From contig CM060731.1 of assembly GCA_030704615.1 (NCBI GenBank), positions 35,650,001 through 35,714,000 on the forward strand: a DNA stretch of 64,000 nt. Reading direction: 5' to 3'. Shown here piece by piece: positions 51,552 through 64,000 of this stretch. Position numbers and translations under genes: made by a program. This DNA comes from Takakia lepidozioides (lineage: Eukaryota > Plantae > Bryophyta). The notes under the pieces were generated by a model that was not told the origin of the DNA, did not search any database, and saw only the letters and a program-made list of their open reading frames with translations. Each line of letters starts with the position of its first letter. Within the stretch, counting starts at the first letter, position 1.

Positions 51552-52833
51552 CCTCTGCAATTGTGCCCCTGAGAATTTGCTTGCAACCACCATACTACCC
51601 AAATTGCTAAATAGCTGTTCAGAACGTCTATGCTACGAGCATTGCGATAAGACCAAGTCACCTCAGCAAAAGCAACTGGTTCCCAGCAAAGTGGACTGGC
51701 CCAATCAGCAGTAGCTCAGGCCTGCAATCAAGCCTATTGCATTGTACATCATTACCTCTGTTTTGATATTTTACATCATTGCAGACTAGAGTTGAACCCA
51801 CTGTCTCCGCGGACTGTTTGCCACTCAGACTGGGTGCAGGAGATGATGAGGAAGCCAGAGTGAAGAACTGGGCTGAACCGCTATTTACCATTTGCTGATT
51901 AGTACATAGACATACACAATCTGTGCAATCCAACTTTCTCATGCACCATTCATTGATGATGTAAATTGCTTGCTTGGTTGAACAATCATGTCCCAAAAGG
52001 CTCCAACCACACATGCAAAAGGGTCTTTGTAGCATGCACCACCAGTGCTGCACCCTAACAAGCTTGGAATAGCATTCAGTATAATGCCAATGTTTTTGCC
52101 TGTGTTGACAATCTGAAGGGCATGGTGACAACTATGATTTCAGTTGTAGGTTCTCATACACCATCTCCAGCTGGGTAGGTGAAGCTCTGACAGCTTTGAT
52201 GCGAACTGTGTGTGATCAGAACACCCTGAAATGGATCTACATCTAGACAACCTACTACCCTGATAACCTTTGTGCAGATATGTGTGGTGTGGGTGTCTTT
52301 GTTACTTTACAGGACATGTACTTCACTGCACCTGCAATTCATTGTTCCAAAGGAGGGTCCCAAACAAGGGCGACAAATGGCAGCCATTATGAAGTAGTTA
52401 GACTCTGCAAAAAGCACATGTTCCCCCTCAAAATCTTCAAAGGAGCAGTGCAAAAAGCTTCAAATTGCACAGGTCTGATGATCGAGAAATCTTCCAAGGA
52501 GCCTTGCAAAAAGCTTAAAATTGCACAGGTCTGATGATCAAGCTTTTCAACGTCCTTGCAAAAGCCTTGCAAAGAGAAGCAAGATGGCCACTGATCAAGT
52601 ACTTGCTGCTGTTGCTACGTGTGATTTGCATCACAATTGACCTACAAAATGCACACCCTGCTCACCAAGGTAGCATATGGAATAGAAGAAGCAATCTGAC
52701 CGACCTCTTGTTCCAAGGCATGCAAGCCTGCCTTTGCTTGCTGTCAAAACTTTCTTCATGTGCTTATTTAGTTTCATCAACCAAAGGTGTATCCTTGCAA
52801 CACCAATCTGTCAGGGCGGGGTTCATGGTCTCC

Positions 52834-53130
52834 TCAGACCTGTGCATCGGCCGCATCTGCTACAATTGGCAGTCGAGGGGTCTTCCCAAGGAGACACGAA
52901 ACCACTCCAAATACAAAGCATGCGACAAGGAAAAGGAACACCGTGTGGTTAAAGACCACAAGCAGCTCAAATCCGATGCCGCTCCGAGGGCTGAATGTGC
53001 GCTCGACGAGAGTTGGAAATATAAGAAGAACGTCCAGCACCACCGCCTGCATGGTGTTAAATCTCACATAACGGCTGAAGCTCGGATTCCTCACAATTGC
53101 CAGATAAAGTGCGAAAAACGCTATAAAATT
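52834..53130 (-). CDS. TIC20: Tic20-family (Tic20-II/V-like) C-terminal half; 5' part not recognised
   Basis: FIAFFALYLAIVRNPSFSRYVRFNTMQAVVLDVLLIFP...GKTPRLPIVADAADAQV. Confidence 0.7.
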   Translation of the reverse strand, partial: NFIAFFALYLAIVRNPSFSRYVRFNTMQAVVLDVLLIFPTLVERTFSPRSGIGFELLVVFNHTVFLFLVACFVFGVVSCLLGKTPRLPIVADAADAQV

Positions 53131-55198
53131 TGAGTATGCCAAGAGGAGGCTTAGCAAACCCCAAGAAGACCACTGTAGGAACGTTCTGAAAGAACAGACA
53201 TGGTAACGGGGAAGCTGAATGGTATTCCACTGTGCCGAGGCGCTCGCCAACATAGTGTTTTGCATCCCTAGGCTCCATTGCAAGCCATAGAGAACCCAAC
53301 ATGAAACAGAAGAAAGATTATGTGGCTGATGACCCCTAAGAAAGGACTAAAAATATGTGTAGATACTAGAGCCACTGCATCCTATCCGTCTTTGTTGGCT
53401 CCGTCCTCCCATGAAGATCTGTAATTAGGGTAGATGCCACAATCGATGACAAAATAAACATCTGAAGCATGGCTAAAGTGGTTTTTTTAGCCAAGCAAGT
53501 TTTCCAGGGCGAAAGTAGAATGGAAAAGGTGTTGGGAACAACAGCCACCATTAACCAACTACCGTACGGCGTCCCTCATGAGACTCTTGCAAGACTCTCA
53601 CTGATCCTTCCGCTCCCCCTCCCTTTAGCATATCCCATGGAAGATTCTTCCATCTCTGCAAGGCAGATCCATTGGAGCTTTTTAAATTAATTCCAGAGAT
53701 TATAAAGAAACTAAGGAATGTTTTGCGTTCTTCGGTCACTGTTTGTCATCAATCACGGGCCCGGCGCCCGCCTGTTGTAGCAGCAGTCTTCCTCTAGAAC
53801 ACAGTTTCTGCGTTTTTTGTTTTTCACACTGTGTCCCGTGGACTGGCCCTTTCCCCTCTTTGTCCCCTCCCTTCCCAACTCGAGTGCTTTCATGGCACAG
53901 ACATTCAATAGATCCTCCCGGTAACGGAGGGGATTTCTGAATCCGTATAGTCCTTGGATCAATGCTGGCTTAGAGTAGACGCTGGACACTGCAGTTGGAT
54001 GGTGAGGTTCTCTGTCTCCCCATTACTACTTCAAGTTCAGTAGAAAATGAATGGGACTCATCCCCGAGGACAGAAATGATTCCTGAAGCTGTATGTAAGG
54101 ATCTGGTGGCCGTATGGGAGTGGAGTTCAGTTGACCGGACAAAATTAATAGGAGCCTTCCTATTGCCGAAGTTAAACGTGTTCAATTTCATCTGTTCTCT
54201 CTAGTCCAGCAATCGTAACTCCCTGCGTCAGCCATTTTCAGTTCCGGAGATGGTAATCTCTACATGTAAGAAAAATAAGCACTTTCAATTTTCTGTGCAC
54301 ATGCACAGGTACTCGAGCTACAGATACTCTTCAGCTCCACAACTGAAATAATGGACCACTGGCAGATTTTCCAGCACTGGATCTGTATCTTGGATTTAGG
54401 TTTTTATCTTTGACTAGAGAATTTCTGGAATGCTGAACGATAAGGGATGATGTCCCACCCCTGTCAGTGATTGTACTCAAAATTGAACAATTTATATATC
54501 GACCAGTGGTGTCCAACTATATCGAGGAACTCTTGAGAGTTGCGTGCCTTTTTTTATAAAAGAGGGGCAGAATACTGTTTGCACAGACTTCAGAATGCTA
54601 TTGAGGTATCTAAGTGGTTGCACTGGGCATGGATGTGACAACTGCAAATGGTCACCTCACATATGAGACTTGAAATCTGAAGAAGCTTCAGTATGAGGGG
54701 CATGTTGCACAAAGTGGTAAGGCAATGGTGTGTGGCAAAATGGTTCCTACAAGACCTGGAAAACAGTGGCACGGGATTCCATCTGGAAAGTCAGTGCCCT
54801 CATTGACAATAGCTACCGATCAGATGACAGGAAGCAATGGTAGGACCACACAGGAAATGCAGCAGAAATTTGCTGCCACTTTCTGATGTCCCAGGCTGTC
54901 CAATTGATGGAGGCAATAGAACCATGCAACTCTGAAGAGCATCTATCATGCAGGTCAGCTGCTTGGAACTGGGTGCAGCTGAGGCTCCAGCTTCATGACA
55001 GCGGAGATCAATTGGTTTATGTTTACATGTTCACAAGCAGAAGCATGGTTTCACAGGGATGTGGAAGGTGAGTTCCATCAGAAAGGCAGCCAATATAGTG
55101 CCCAGGGAACGCAATGGCACTCTGAAGTATCTATGTGATATGCAAAACATCTTTTCTATTAGAAAGAGGAGATTTTGATAAAACTCGGTTTGAGAACA

Positions 55199-58100
55199 AT
55201 GGCTGCTCGAAGCAACACAGCACCGAGCAAGAAATCGGGTCAATTGCCACAAATTGCCGTCAAGCTTGAGCCCTGGGGTGATGGTGGTTCCAAAGGGGGA
55301 GGGGTTGAAGCATTTCCGCAGGTGGCAGGTGCTTGTGGGGATAAGGATGATGATCCGTGCCTGAGCTGTTCAGCCAGAGGGGATGGGCCGGCATCCCCAA
55401 TGGAACGAGCGCCTGTAGCTGCCAAGAAAATGGGACTAGCTTCACGCGACAAGGAGTCCTTGCTGGAGGAGATTATTGAGTTGAAAAGGGCGCTCGCTGA
55501 CCAGGCCTACCATCTCAAGCTTCACAAAGTTCATGCAGCATCTGTTCAAATGGAAAACAGGTCTGTATCCCCTGCATCTTTTTGCACTTATAGTATTCAG
55601 TTTCCCCAGTTGATACTCGAGTCAAACGACCTCTCCAACTATGCTCTGTTCTTCTTTCTTTCTTTGTCCTGTGGATGTGATATGATTTCTTCTTCTCCAC
55701 TCCCTCTGCACTGGAAGCTAGTCTACTGAGCACATCTGTCTCTCTCTGTTTTTCTTCAGCTGCTCTAACTTCTTACGATGTGGTTGTGGCTGCTCAAAAC
55801 CTTCACTACCTCTATATGTTTGAAGCCAGCTAGTGTAAGGTGCAATCAAGCAAGTGGAAATTCCTTGGTTGTGGTAGAACCTGGTCAAATGGTCACAAAC
55901 CTTACAGAATTTGGCACAGCATCACATGCCTAAGCACCCATCCAATGTCCCTTGGGTTGTCACTTGCGCACGAGTACTGGGAGCTGTGAGTACATCTGTA
56001 TCTTCAATTGTAGGGACACGTAGTATTTGGTTGATGAAACATTCATCCATATACTTCAACTTGTTTGAGAATTATTGTGTATGACCTTTGTGGTGTTTCT
56101 ATCCCACTTACTGACTCCCATGGTGTTATATGTATGAGACTTTGCTTGCATGATGATTTCTCTCTTCATATCACGAGTCCCTTTTTGGTCAAAACTTCTA
56201 CCACCTGAAAATATACCCCTCGTGATTCTCAGTATATCAGGTAGCAAACCATATATAGCAGTAGGCAAATTATCACATGACTTAAGAAGACTACATTTCC
56301 AGCATACCTGCCAAATTGCAGGAAATTGGAGAAAGACATTGAGCAATTGGAGCAGCAGGGAAACCTAGAAGCTCCAAGAACTGGAGGGCCTTCATGTTTA
56401 CGGGCCAAGCTCCAAGGCTTGTGCCTCTCTCATGCCCACAGTCAGCTGATTCAGGAATATAGACATCACACATGTCAAATGATCTGAGTTTGAGTTGCTC
56501 GGTGGGTGGGATGTTACCTGAACTACTCAGTCCCAGGGTGCTTGCTTTCCTCGAAGCTATTTCAGAATATGGGGAAGAGAGAATGTGTGCTTCTCCCTTT
56601 AAATCTGCTCTAAACTATGTCTCAGCTTGGCAAGTCAAACCTGGGGAGATTGATTAATATCAGTTCAATTTGACACCTTGATTGTCAATCATGGAACCCG
56701 GGACTTCTACGAGTCATTCCAAATTATGTGAATGGAAGGTAAGGTGTTCAGTACTTGAGAGGTATCGTGGTCGGTTAATAATACACCAAAAAAAATAAAT
56801 CTGAGTTGAAAGTCATGTGAAACAAGTGATTGACATTTGAAGGTGGTGTGCAGGGCTGAAGGGACGGTTGCTGGAGTTGCAGTCCATATGCGAAACCCAC
56901 CACGATGAACTTGTCTTGCTTCGGAGAGATTTCCGTGTGTCTCGCACTCATGTAAGAAAAACAGTATCTTGTAGTCAAAACATGACTCTTGTATCCAGTT
57001 TCCACAGAATTCCACTTTGGACATGGATCATTTTAACAGGGCCACAGTTTTGTATATGCAACCGCTACGGAAGTCTCACTGCTTGTGAAGCTGGATGGAA
57101 CGATAAAACTCCATGGGGAATAGGTACACTACCTAAGCATAGCTGCACGCTTGAAAGGGTTTTAGCTGTAGCAGTGATGTTGTGTACATAAATGAATATG
57201 TGGTTAATATGTGCTCCATATTAATGGTACTTGTCTTTATTTTGGGACAGGAAGTAGAAGTAGAGAGAGATGTGTTTGCTGGAGAAATAGGGAGGCTACA
57301 GAAAGTGCTGAGGCGACTGCGAGCCTTGCACAGTCGGATTTCCTCCGAAAATAGGGAGATTGTACGCCTGCGAGAGAAGATATATCGCGTGGAGTGCTCT
57401 AACCAACGCCTTGAAAACTGTATCTCTGTAAGACTTTCTGCTCTTTGATGCTGCAGTTTTCAGCTGCATTTGTAGGTGTGGATAGCTTAGTATCTGAGGG
57501 GTCCAGTCTAGGCCAGAGGCGCTTAATTGGTTCATGTGGATTGCACTGGAATAAATGGCCTTCTAGTCCTCTCTAAAACCAGCTTTGATGGAGTATATTG
57601 TGTGGAAAGTTGTCTACATCTTGGAGGTGGTGGATTGCTTCAAGAGCTACCCTCACATCACTTTTCAATCTTGAAGGCTTAAGCCTCTTCAACCTCGTCT
57701 GCCATGTTGAGGTTGTTTTCTCACACTCCAATGGGATACACCACACACATGCAGGTGATACATCAAACAGTAGACAGGGCCAACAAAGACATCACGGCAG
57801 TTCGAAGCAAAGCTGGTGAGGCAACAGCGGAGGCCAAAAAACATGGCAAGAAGGTTAAGGAGTTGCAAGAGCATTCCGACCTTCTTGAAGGCCTGCTGGA
57901 GAGAGAGCGTGTCGAGAAGTCGCGAATGGAGAAAAGGATACGATTCTTAGAGGAGGAGATCAGAAGACTAGAGCGGGAGAAAGCAGCTGCTAAAACAAAA
58001 GCACTACTTGAAGGTGCTGCGGCCAGGGCACAAGCAAGGAAAGGTAAGAAAGGAAAGAAGGGGAAGAAAGGAGACAAAGACAGCAAAGACCAAGATGGCA

Positions 58101-59421
58101 AAGACAAAGATGGCAAAGACGGGAAAGACAGTGGGAAAGACGGCAAAGACGGCAAAGAGGTAGGCAATGAAGATGGCAAAGGTGGCAAATTGGATGATGA
58201 AAGTGAGGATGGAAGTGAGAGGTCAAGCAAAGGTGGGAAAGGCTCGTCTCCTTCGTCCGGTGATGGAAGTGGTCGGTCAGATACTGCATCCCCTGGTTCC
58301 GGAACCTCAGATAGTAGAAGTGGGCGAGGTACCCCTGATTCCAGTGCTGCTTTTCTCCATGCCCAGGAGGAGTACCTAGAGAAAGTGGGGGCTGCAACAG
58401 AGAAGTTTGTGGAGTCCGTGCCTGCTTCACAGCCCTCATCACCAAATTCCAAGTCCAAATCTGACAAGTCTGAGAAGCCCAAGAGCCCTGCGGAAGAGGA
58501 GAAATCACACTCTCAACTTGAAAAAGAGAAGGAGACTTTCACTGAGAAAATAGATCGAGCCGAAAAGTCATTCCTTGAGACCATGGAGGAGTTGGAGTAT
58601 GGTTCAGTTGGAAGTGACAAAAAATCAAAATCGAAGCAAGGTAAGTTGTCAGCCGAACAACAAGAGGCACTCCAGAAAGAACAGCAAGCTGCTGAAGCAG
58701 CACGTCGAACTGCCGAAACAGCTAAACAGGCTGCTGAGCTTGAAGCCAAAAAAGCTCAGGATGATGCAAGAAGATTGGCTGCAGAACTTGCAGCCCTGAA
58801 AGCCAAGCAAGCTGCTGATGAAGCCTCCCGAAATTCTGGGGGATCTGGTGGAAAGAGATGGGCAACTGAAAAGATGATAATCCAAGTTGGTGATGAACAG
58901 CTTGTGGCAGGTGACTACACGTCTGAGGTGCAAGATAAAGGTAGTGAAATTGCCATCAGAGTACAAATCAAGAGCTCCTTGGGCAGCCAGGCTTCAAAGG
59001 ATGCAGCAAGGGTAAAAGCTGGAGAGGATTCTGGTAAAAATGCTGGTAAGACAGCTGCAGAAGCAGAATCCAAGGAACGGCCTGCTAAGAGGAGGCTAAG
59101 AGAAAGAAGGCTGATGCAGATGAGGCAGCCCGAAGACAGGGGTCCTTTGATGAACACAAGAAACGGATGGCAGCAGAGTTGGAAGAAGCAAAGAGAAGGG
59201 CTGCAGAGGAAGAAGCAAAGAGAAAGGCTGCTGAGGCAAGTTCATCTGGTGAGTTCTTTGACAGAGACATGCAAGGGGTCATCAAGACGAATATCAAGGA
59301 AGTGTTGGAGCATTTAGAAAACATATCGGAGGTCGTACAAGCCAAGTCGGAGGGAGGTGATGGGGATGTCGCCAAGGACCAAAAAGATGCTGCAAAAGAT
59401 GTCTTGCAAAAGTTGGATTGA
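55199..59421 (+). CDS. Multi-exon coiled-coil/low-complexity protein with an apparent -1 frameshift near 59085
   Basis: Exons RDKESLLEEIIELKRAL..., LLELQSICE...RRDFR, EVEVERDVF...LENCIS, and a long K/D/G- and E/A/K-rich exon from ~57755 continuing in the 59167-59421 frame. Confidence 0.65.
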
Positions 59422-62056
59422 CAAGAGTGAGACTAGTGACTCATTCAAAGTCTTTCAGATGAAGTCTTTCTAGAATTCCAAAGAGTTTTGGAGTCAGCCA
59501 TTTTCCGGTAGCAATCATTACTTGACAGACCTCACATGCCCCCATTCCTTGTGCGGCGTCAGGACTTCCAAGCCAAGGGAAAGCTTCAGGCAGACATTTT
59601 CTTTGGGGCGTAGTGTATTTTATAACTTTTCGTATTTGTCTAATCTTTGTTCAGGAAAAAGGCTACAGTAGCAATCTCATGGAGGTGTCTGCTGCAGCTG
59701 CAGGAGAGAGTGAGTGACCCTTGCTCAGCCTTACCCAATGCTCCCTTGTAATGTCCACTGTTGGCGCTTGTCATGCCCATGTGTCTTGAGTATGTCAAAG
59801 GATCCATTATTATGGTGAAGCCAGTCAAAGTGTTGGTGAATATGATGCATGCCACTTGGAAATCTTATTATGGATTCAACATTTGCCACTCCTATATTGT
59901 CCCCTAGCCTGTGCTAGTCTTGTTGTGGCTCTCCATTCAGAGCAACGGTGGTGATATGGATACATACCAAAAGTTGTTCCTTTTGCCCACTCCGTTCCTG
60001 ATATCAACATATGCGTTCTAGATAATCCTGCACATCCCTATCGTGGAGGTGGATGGAGAGCATCAAACTCCAGCAAGACTAGTTGTTTATGTATGCAGTC
60101 TAACTAAGTGTCTGAAGAGGTTGACGAGTGATATGCGTCCACACACACATTGGTGAGCTGACCGAAGAAACAAAACGTTTGCAATCAAGACTGGCTCCCA
60201 CAATCCTTGTGCATGGCTTCTCATGGGGAGGAGAGGTCGTTTTCTCCCCCGGGTGAGTTTAAGAAAAGAAGAAGACCGTCCCTGGTCACACCTGATTTAG
60301 TACATACTTAGACGGTGGCTATTTTTGTGTAAAACTGCGCAATCAAGATACCTGGGCGAGGGCGACTTTGTCATTAACCAGATTTCCTATTAAGAGAACG
60401 AAAACAGAAGAGGAATCCATGATCCATCCATGCTCCTATGGGGTATGAGGGGGATCCTTCAAGCTGTTTTGTGTTACGTTTTGGAGGACACATCTTTGGT
60501 TGGCTCTAGCAGTTGAGGATAGAGAAGTGGGCTGGAGCAGAAGTGGAGTAGCGGCAGGCTGGTATGTACGTGTTGGATACTAAAGACACGTAATTAAATC
60601 AGGATCTGAGAGCAAACGAGTTGATGCAAACGAGGATTTGGGCTACCTACAAGATAAAGTACCTCGGAAAGGTTTAAATAGCGTGGCTTGGTGTCCAAGC
60701 CCGGAAATTTTGGACATCTCTTCTTAACCTTTTTGCGTTGGATCAACTGGTGGTGCCAGTGGAGCAAGACATGGAGGAAGGAGGAGCTGAAGGGACGATT
60801 ATGCAGGTAGATTACGGGAAATGGGCTGCAATTGTGATGACTTGAGTGCTTCTGCGTCATGACCTTACTTCTAGGATATGCGGAAAGTGAAGGTTGAGGG
60901 ATTAGGGCGTGAGTCTCGTTTTCGTCATGAATAATCTCAATTTACTCAGCTTTCGATCTCATGCCTGTTAAGGCAGGTATCGGCTGGTTGTTCATAGCAA
61001 TGTCGAATTACGCGCATTTTTGAGAAATTTGCCAACGATTAGGGAGGTTCACCTTTAGATTGATAGATGTCATTATTCTTCCTCACCTAAACTTGTGGGT
61101 TCGGGTGGTATAAGGAGGCAAGCAGCACCTCGGCATCAGAAGCTATTCCATCAACTCTTTTCTTCAGAGGGTCTATTCAGGATGGCCATTATTGGCGCAA
61201 GGACGGGTAACAAGATCTTGATTGTCTTTGTTGCAGGTGATGTATGTTATTCCACCTCTCTCGATTGCAACCTCCTGTCAGATAGAAAGTCTGACATTGC
61301 ATCAATCCAAGACTGTCTATTCCAGCATCTAGCAGCTGTGGTTGCTCCTTTCTTTGCAACACAGTTACAAACATTAGAATGGCCGCCCCACCATCACCAG
61401 GGTGACCATGAACACTCTGTTAGATAGCCAGGCAGCTGCATGTGTAATTAAGCAAATTATAGTATTTGGCTCTTGTATCAAGTGACACACAAAGCCCTCT
61501 AGGCATTGCTGCTCCCTTTCACAATTTTCAACACAGTTACCCTCAAATCTGCTACTGTCTTAGGATTTCATATGGAGTTTGGTGGACAGGTAAAGATGAG
61601 GAATCAGTCAATCTTGAACGAAACACATTGAACAATTCCCAGGTCGGTTTCATCCTTGTATAATGGCTGTCTACTTAAGCTTCAACGAATTGCTTTTCAT
61701 TCATATGCTGGTGGCAGATCATGTGTCAAGGAAGGTTGATATTGTCACTTAAAAACTGCAGGACTTATTAGATGTTCAAGCGAATTTTTTTTAATCTTAC
61801 CTCTAAGGGTAAGAAATACCCCAAGGGTAGAGTGACCATGTCAAATCCTCCTTGAAGGAGTTGGGAGACTCACCAAATTTCAAATTTACTGTAAATGTTG
61901 TCATCTTTACTGCAGGTCAAGTAGATCTAGGCCAAGGTGAGAGACAAAAGCACTGTAGGCTTCAGGTTTTCAAACAGAACACTGTTGGTTGCAGGTGGTC
62001 AACGGGGTGCAGCAACAGTGCCTGGTCCTTCGATGGAAACAAGGAAGCACTGATGA

Positions 62057-62768
62057 GGCGCATTTCTCAGCCATTTGTATCCTCTTTAAACTTTTTCTTA
62101 TCCAACATTTATTTTAAAGTGGTTTCACAGATTTCAAACTCTTGTTTGACAGCAATGCTCACTCTGGCGGCATTTCTGTCAAGGCTGTTTAGGTCATGTG
62201 TTTACACTTTGGCTGATATCAAGGATATATGAGAATTTGGAGCGTCAACTGATGACAGACATGATATATTCTCCCAACCATGTCACACATCTTTTGACAG
62301 AAAGGATATGCAGATGAGAGGACTGCTTAAAGGGTTTCCTTATGAATATTCATCTTGAATGGCGCATTCTCACGCCTTGTATCCTCTGTAAACTTTTTCT
62401 TATCCAACATTTTATTTAACATGGTTTAAACAGTTTCTAAACTCTGTTGACAGGCCATGCTCACTTCGGCGCATTCTCACGCCTTGTATCCTCTGTAAAC
62501 TTTTTCTTATCCAACATTTTATTTAACATGGTTTAAACAGTTTCTAAACTCTGTTGACAGGCCATGCTCACTTCTGGCGGCATTTCTGTCAAGGCTGTTT
62601 AGGTCATGTGTTACACTTTGGCTGATATCAAGGATATATGAGATTTGGAGCGTCAACTGATGACAGACATGATATATTCTCCCAACCATGTCACACATCT
62701 TTTGACAGAAAGGATATGCAGATGAGAGGACTGCTTAAAGGGTTTCCTTATGAATATTCATCTTGAAT
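62057..62768. repeat. Compound tandem duplication Y-X-Y'-Y'-X
   Basis: ~105-bp unit at 62057, 62361 and 62468; ~195-bp unit at 62165 and 62575. Confidence 0.85.
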
Positions 62769-63545
62769 AAATTGCATAATGAAACAGTGTTGACAAGTGA
62801 AGTGTAACTAATGAAACTCTGCAAGTGAGAGGGAGAGAAGTGAAAACAATGTCCTAGTATATTGTCCATTTTATTACCAAATTTCTATCCAATATATAGT
62901 GTATGAGTGTAGCACTTGACTTTTGGCTCATACAAGTTCCTCTTCGGCGCGTCCCAACTATCACATTGATTGGACTCAATGGTGTATTGCTTCATCAGTT
63001 GGGTATGTCCCTAGGCTCTTAAAACTTAATTCTCTCTCCTTATCCATGTCTGATGCAATGCTTCTGAGTTGTATGTCTGATCTGCATTCGTTAGTACATC
63101 ATGACAAGTAGTGTTTTGGAGGTTATCGATCCTTATTGACGTTGCAATGTTCTAGGACTTAAATTTGTTCACCCGCAAGTTACTGTAAAAAACCCAGCAT
63201 ACTTTTTCCCTCTCTCTCCATGCCCAAAGAGCAGGTATAAGAAATTTTGCATGATTTTAGTTTTGATTTTCTTAGCTCTAAAAGGTGATAGTGTGCATTT
63301 GTGAGTTGAGATTTGTCACTGGATGCATATGAAACAGAGGGCTACATGACTGTTGAGGAGTTTTTAGTGGCTCTACAGCAGGCTTCAGTCACTTTCAATG
63401 CTCAGGTTTGCTTCCAGCCAGCTTGATGCCATATTACCATATTCGCTCTGCTTTGAGCAAAGAAATCCTTCTTCTCTCTCTTGCTAGGCATTGTAAAGTT
63501 CCATTCTTTCTCCTCCTTCCTTGCTTTCCTTTCCTTTCCTCTATG

Positions 63546-64000
63546 TTCCCTACAGTGGGGTAGCCAAGAGATCCTGGTCCTCCCTTCCTACACTTACCTG
63601 GGCGTTGAGTTCTCCTCCAATTGTAATTGGGATGCACATATCCGGAAAGTTGTTCAAACTGGCAAGGGCAAAGCTCTGGGGCTCACTAATTTTTTCCACT
63701 GCAGAGGGGTCAACTCTGAGGTTAAGAAAACCATGCTTTGTCGCGTTATTAGACCTGCCTTGGAGTACGGATCTGCTATATGGGTTGATAACTCCAACCA
63801 GGCTAAGTCTCTAGAATCCATTCAAGTGGGGGTGCTTAAGGAGTGTATGTCAGCATGCTCCAAAACAGCCAATGTGGCTGTTCGGGGTGAGTTTGGCGTT
63901 CCGTCCTTAAGCTCCCGACGAGATGAATTCAAGGTCAGATGGTGGGGTCAGCTGCAACATATGCCCAACACCAGATATCCTAAGTTAATCGACTCTATAT
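63546..64000 (+). mobile_element. LINE reverse transcriptase 3' fragment (runs off the window)
   Basis: TYLGVEF..WDAHIRKVV...RVIRPALEYGSAIW...TANVAVRGEFGVPSL. Confidence 0.75.

Noticed and set aside
57763-58482. 239-aa minus-strand ORF
   Set aside because: Antisense shadow of the low-complexity plus-strand exon.
61095-63410. Possible plus-strand exons, including an EF-hand-like EGYMTVEEFLVAL
   Set aside because: Could not assemble a coherent reading frame by eye.

Overview
Eukaryotic nuclear DNA with GT-AG introns and compact plant genes; a non-seed land plant such as a bryophyte is my inference. The flanks hold ordinary genes: a plastid-type Zn-ribbon membrane protein, two F-box genes, HRD1, a CUSTOS-like gene, DUF1818, a Tic20 fragment, a coiled-coil gene, and small TE remnants. 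The centre (about 25.1-45.9 kb) is a nested transposon cluster. Its main element (A) is Mutator-like, with a 9-bp TSD and a GCM-type Zn finger/DDE/SWIM transposase. Divergently from the transposase it carries an intron-containing gene fusing a ParB/Srx-type domain (DGNHRLVA) to a beta-class amino (N6A/N4C) DNA methyltransferase fold. It also has about 24 copies of a 28-bp palindrome, 13 of them phased at about 137 bp in one intron. A diverged second element (B) carries the paralogous gene and its own palindrome variant in the equivalent introns. An inversion of about 8 kb (about 35425-43590) splits both elements. Both copies are decayed, with stops and frameshifts. All protein family calls are by motif recognition, not database search.
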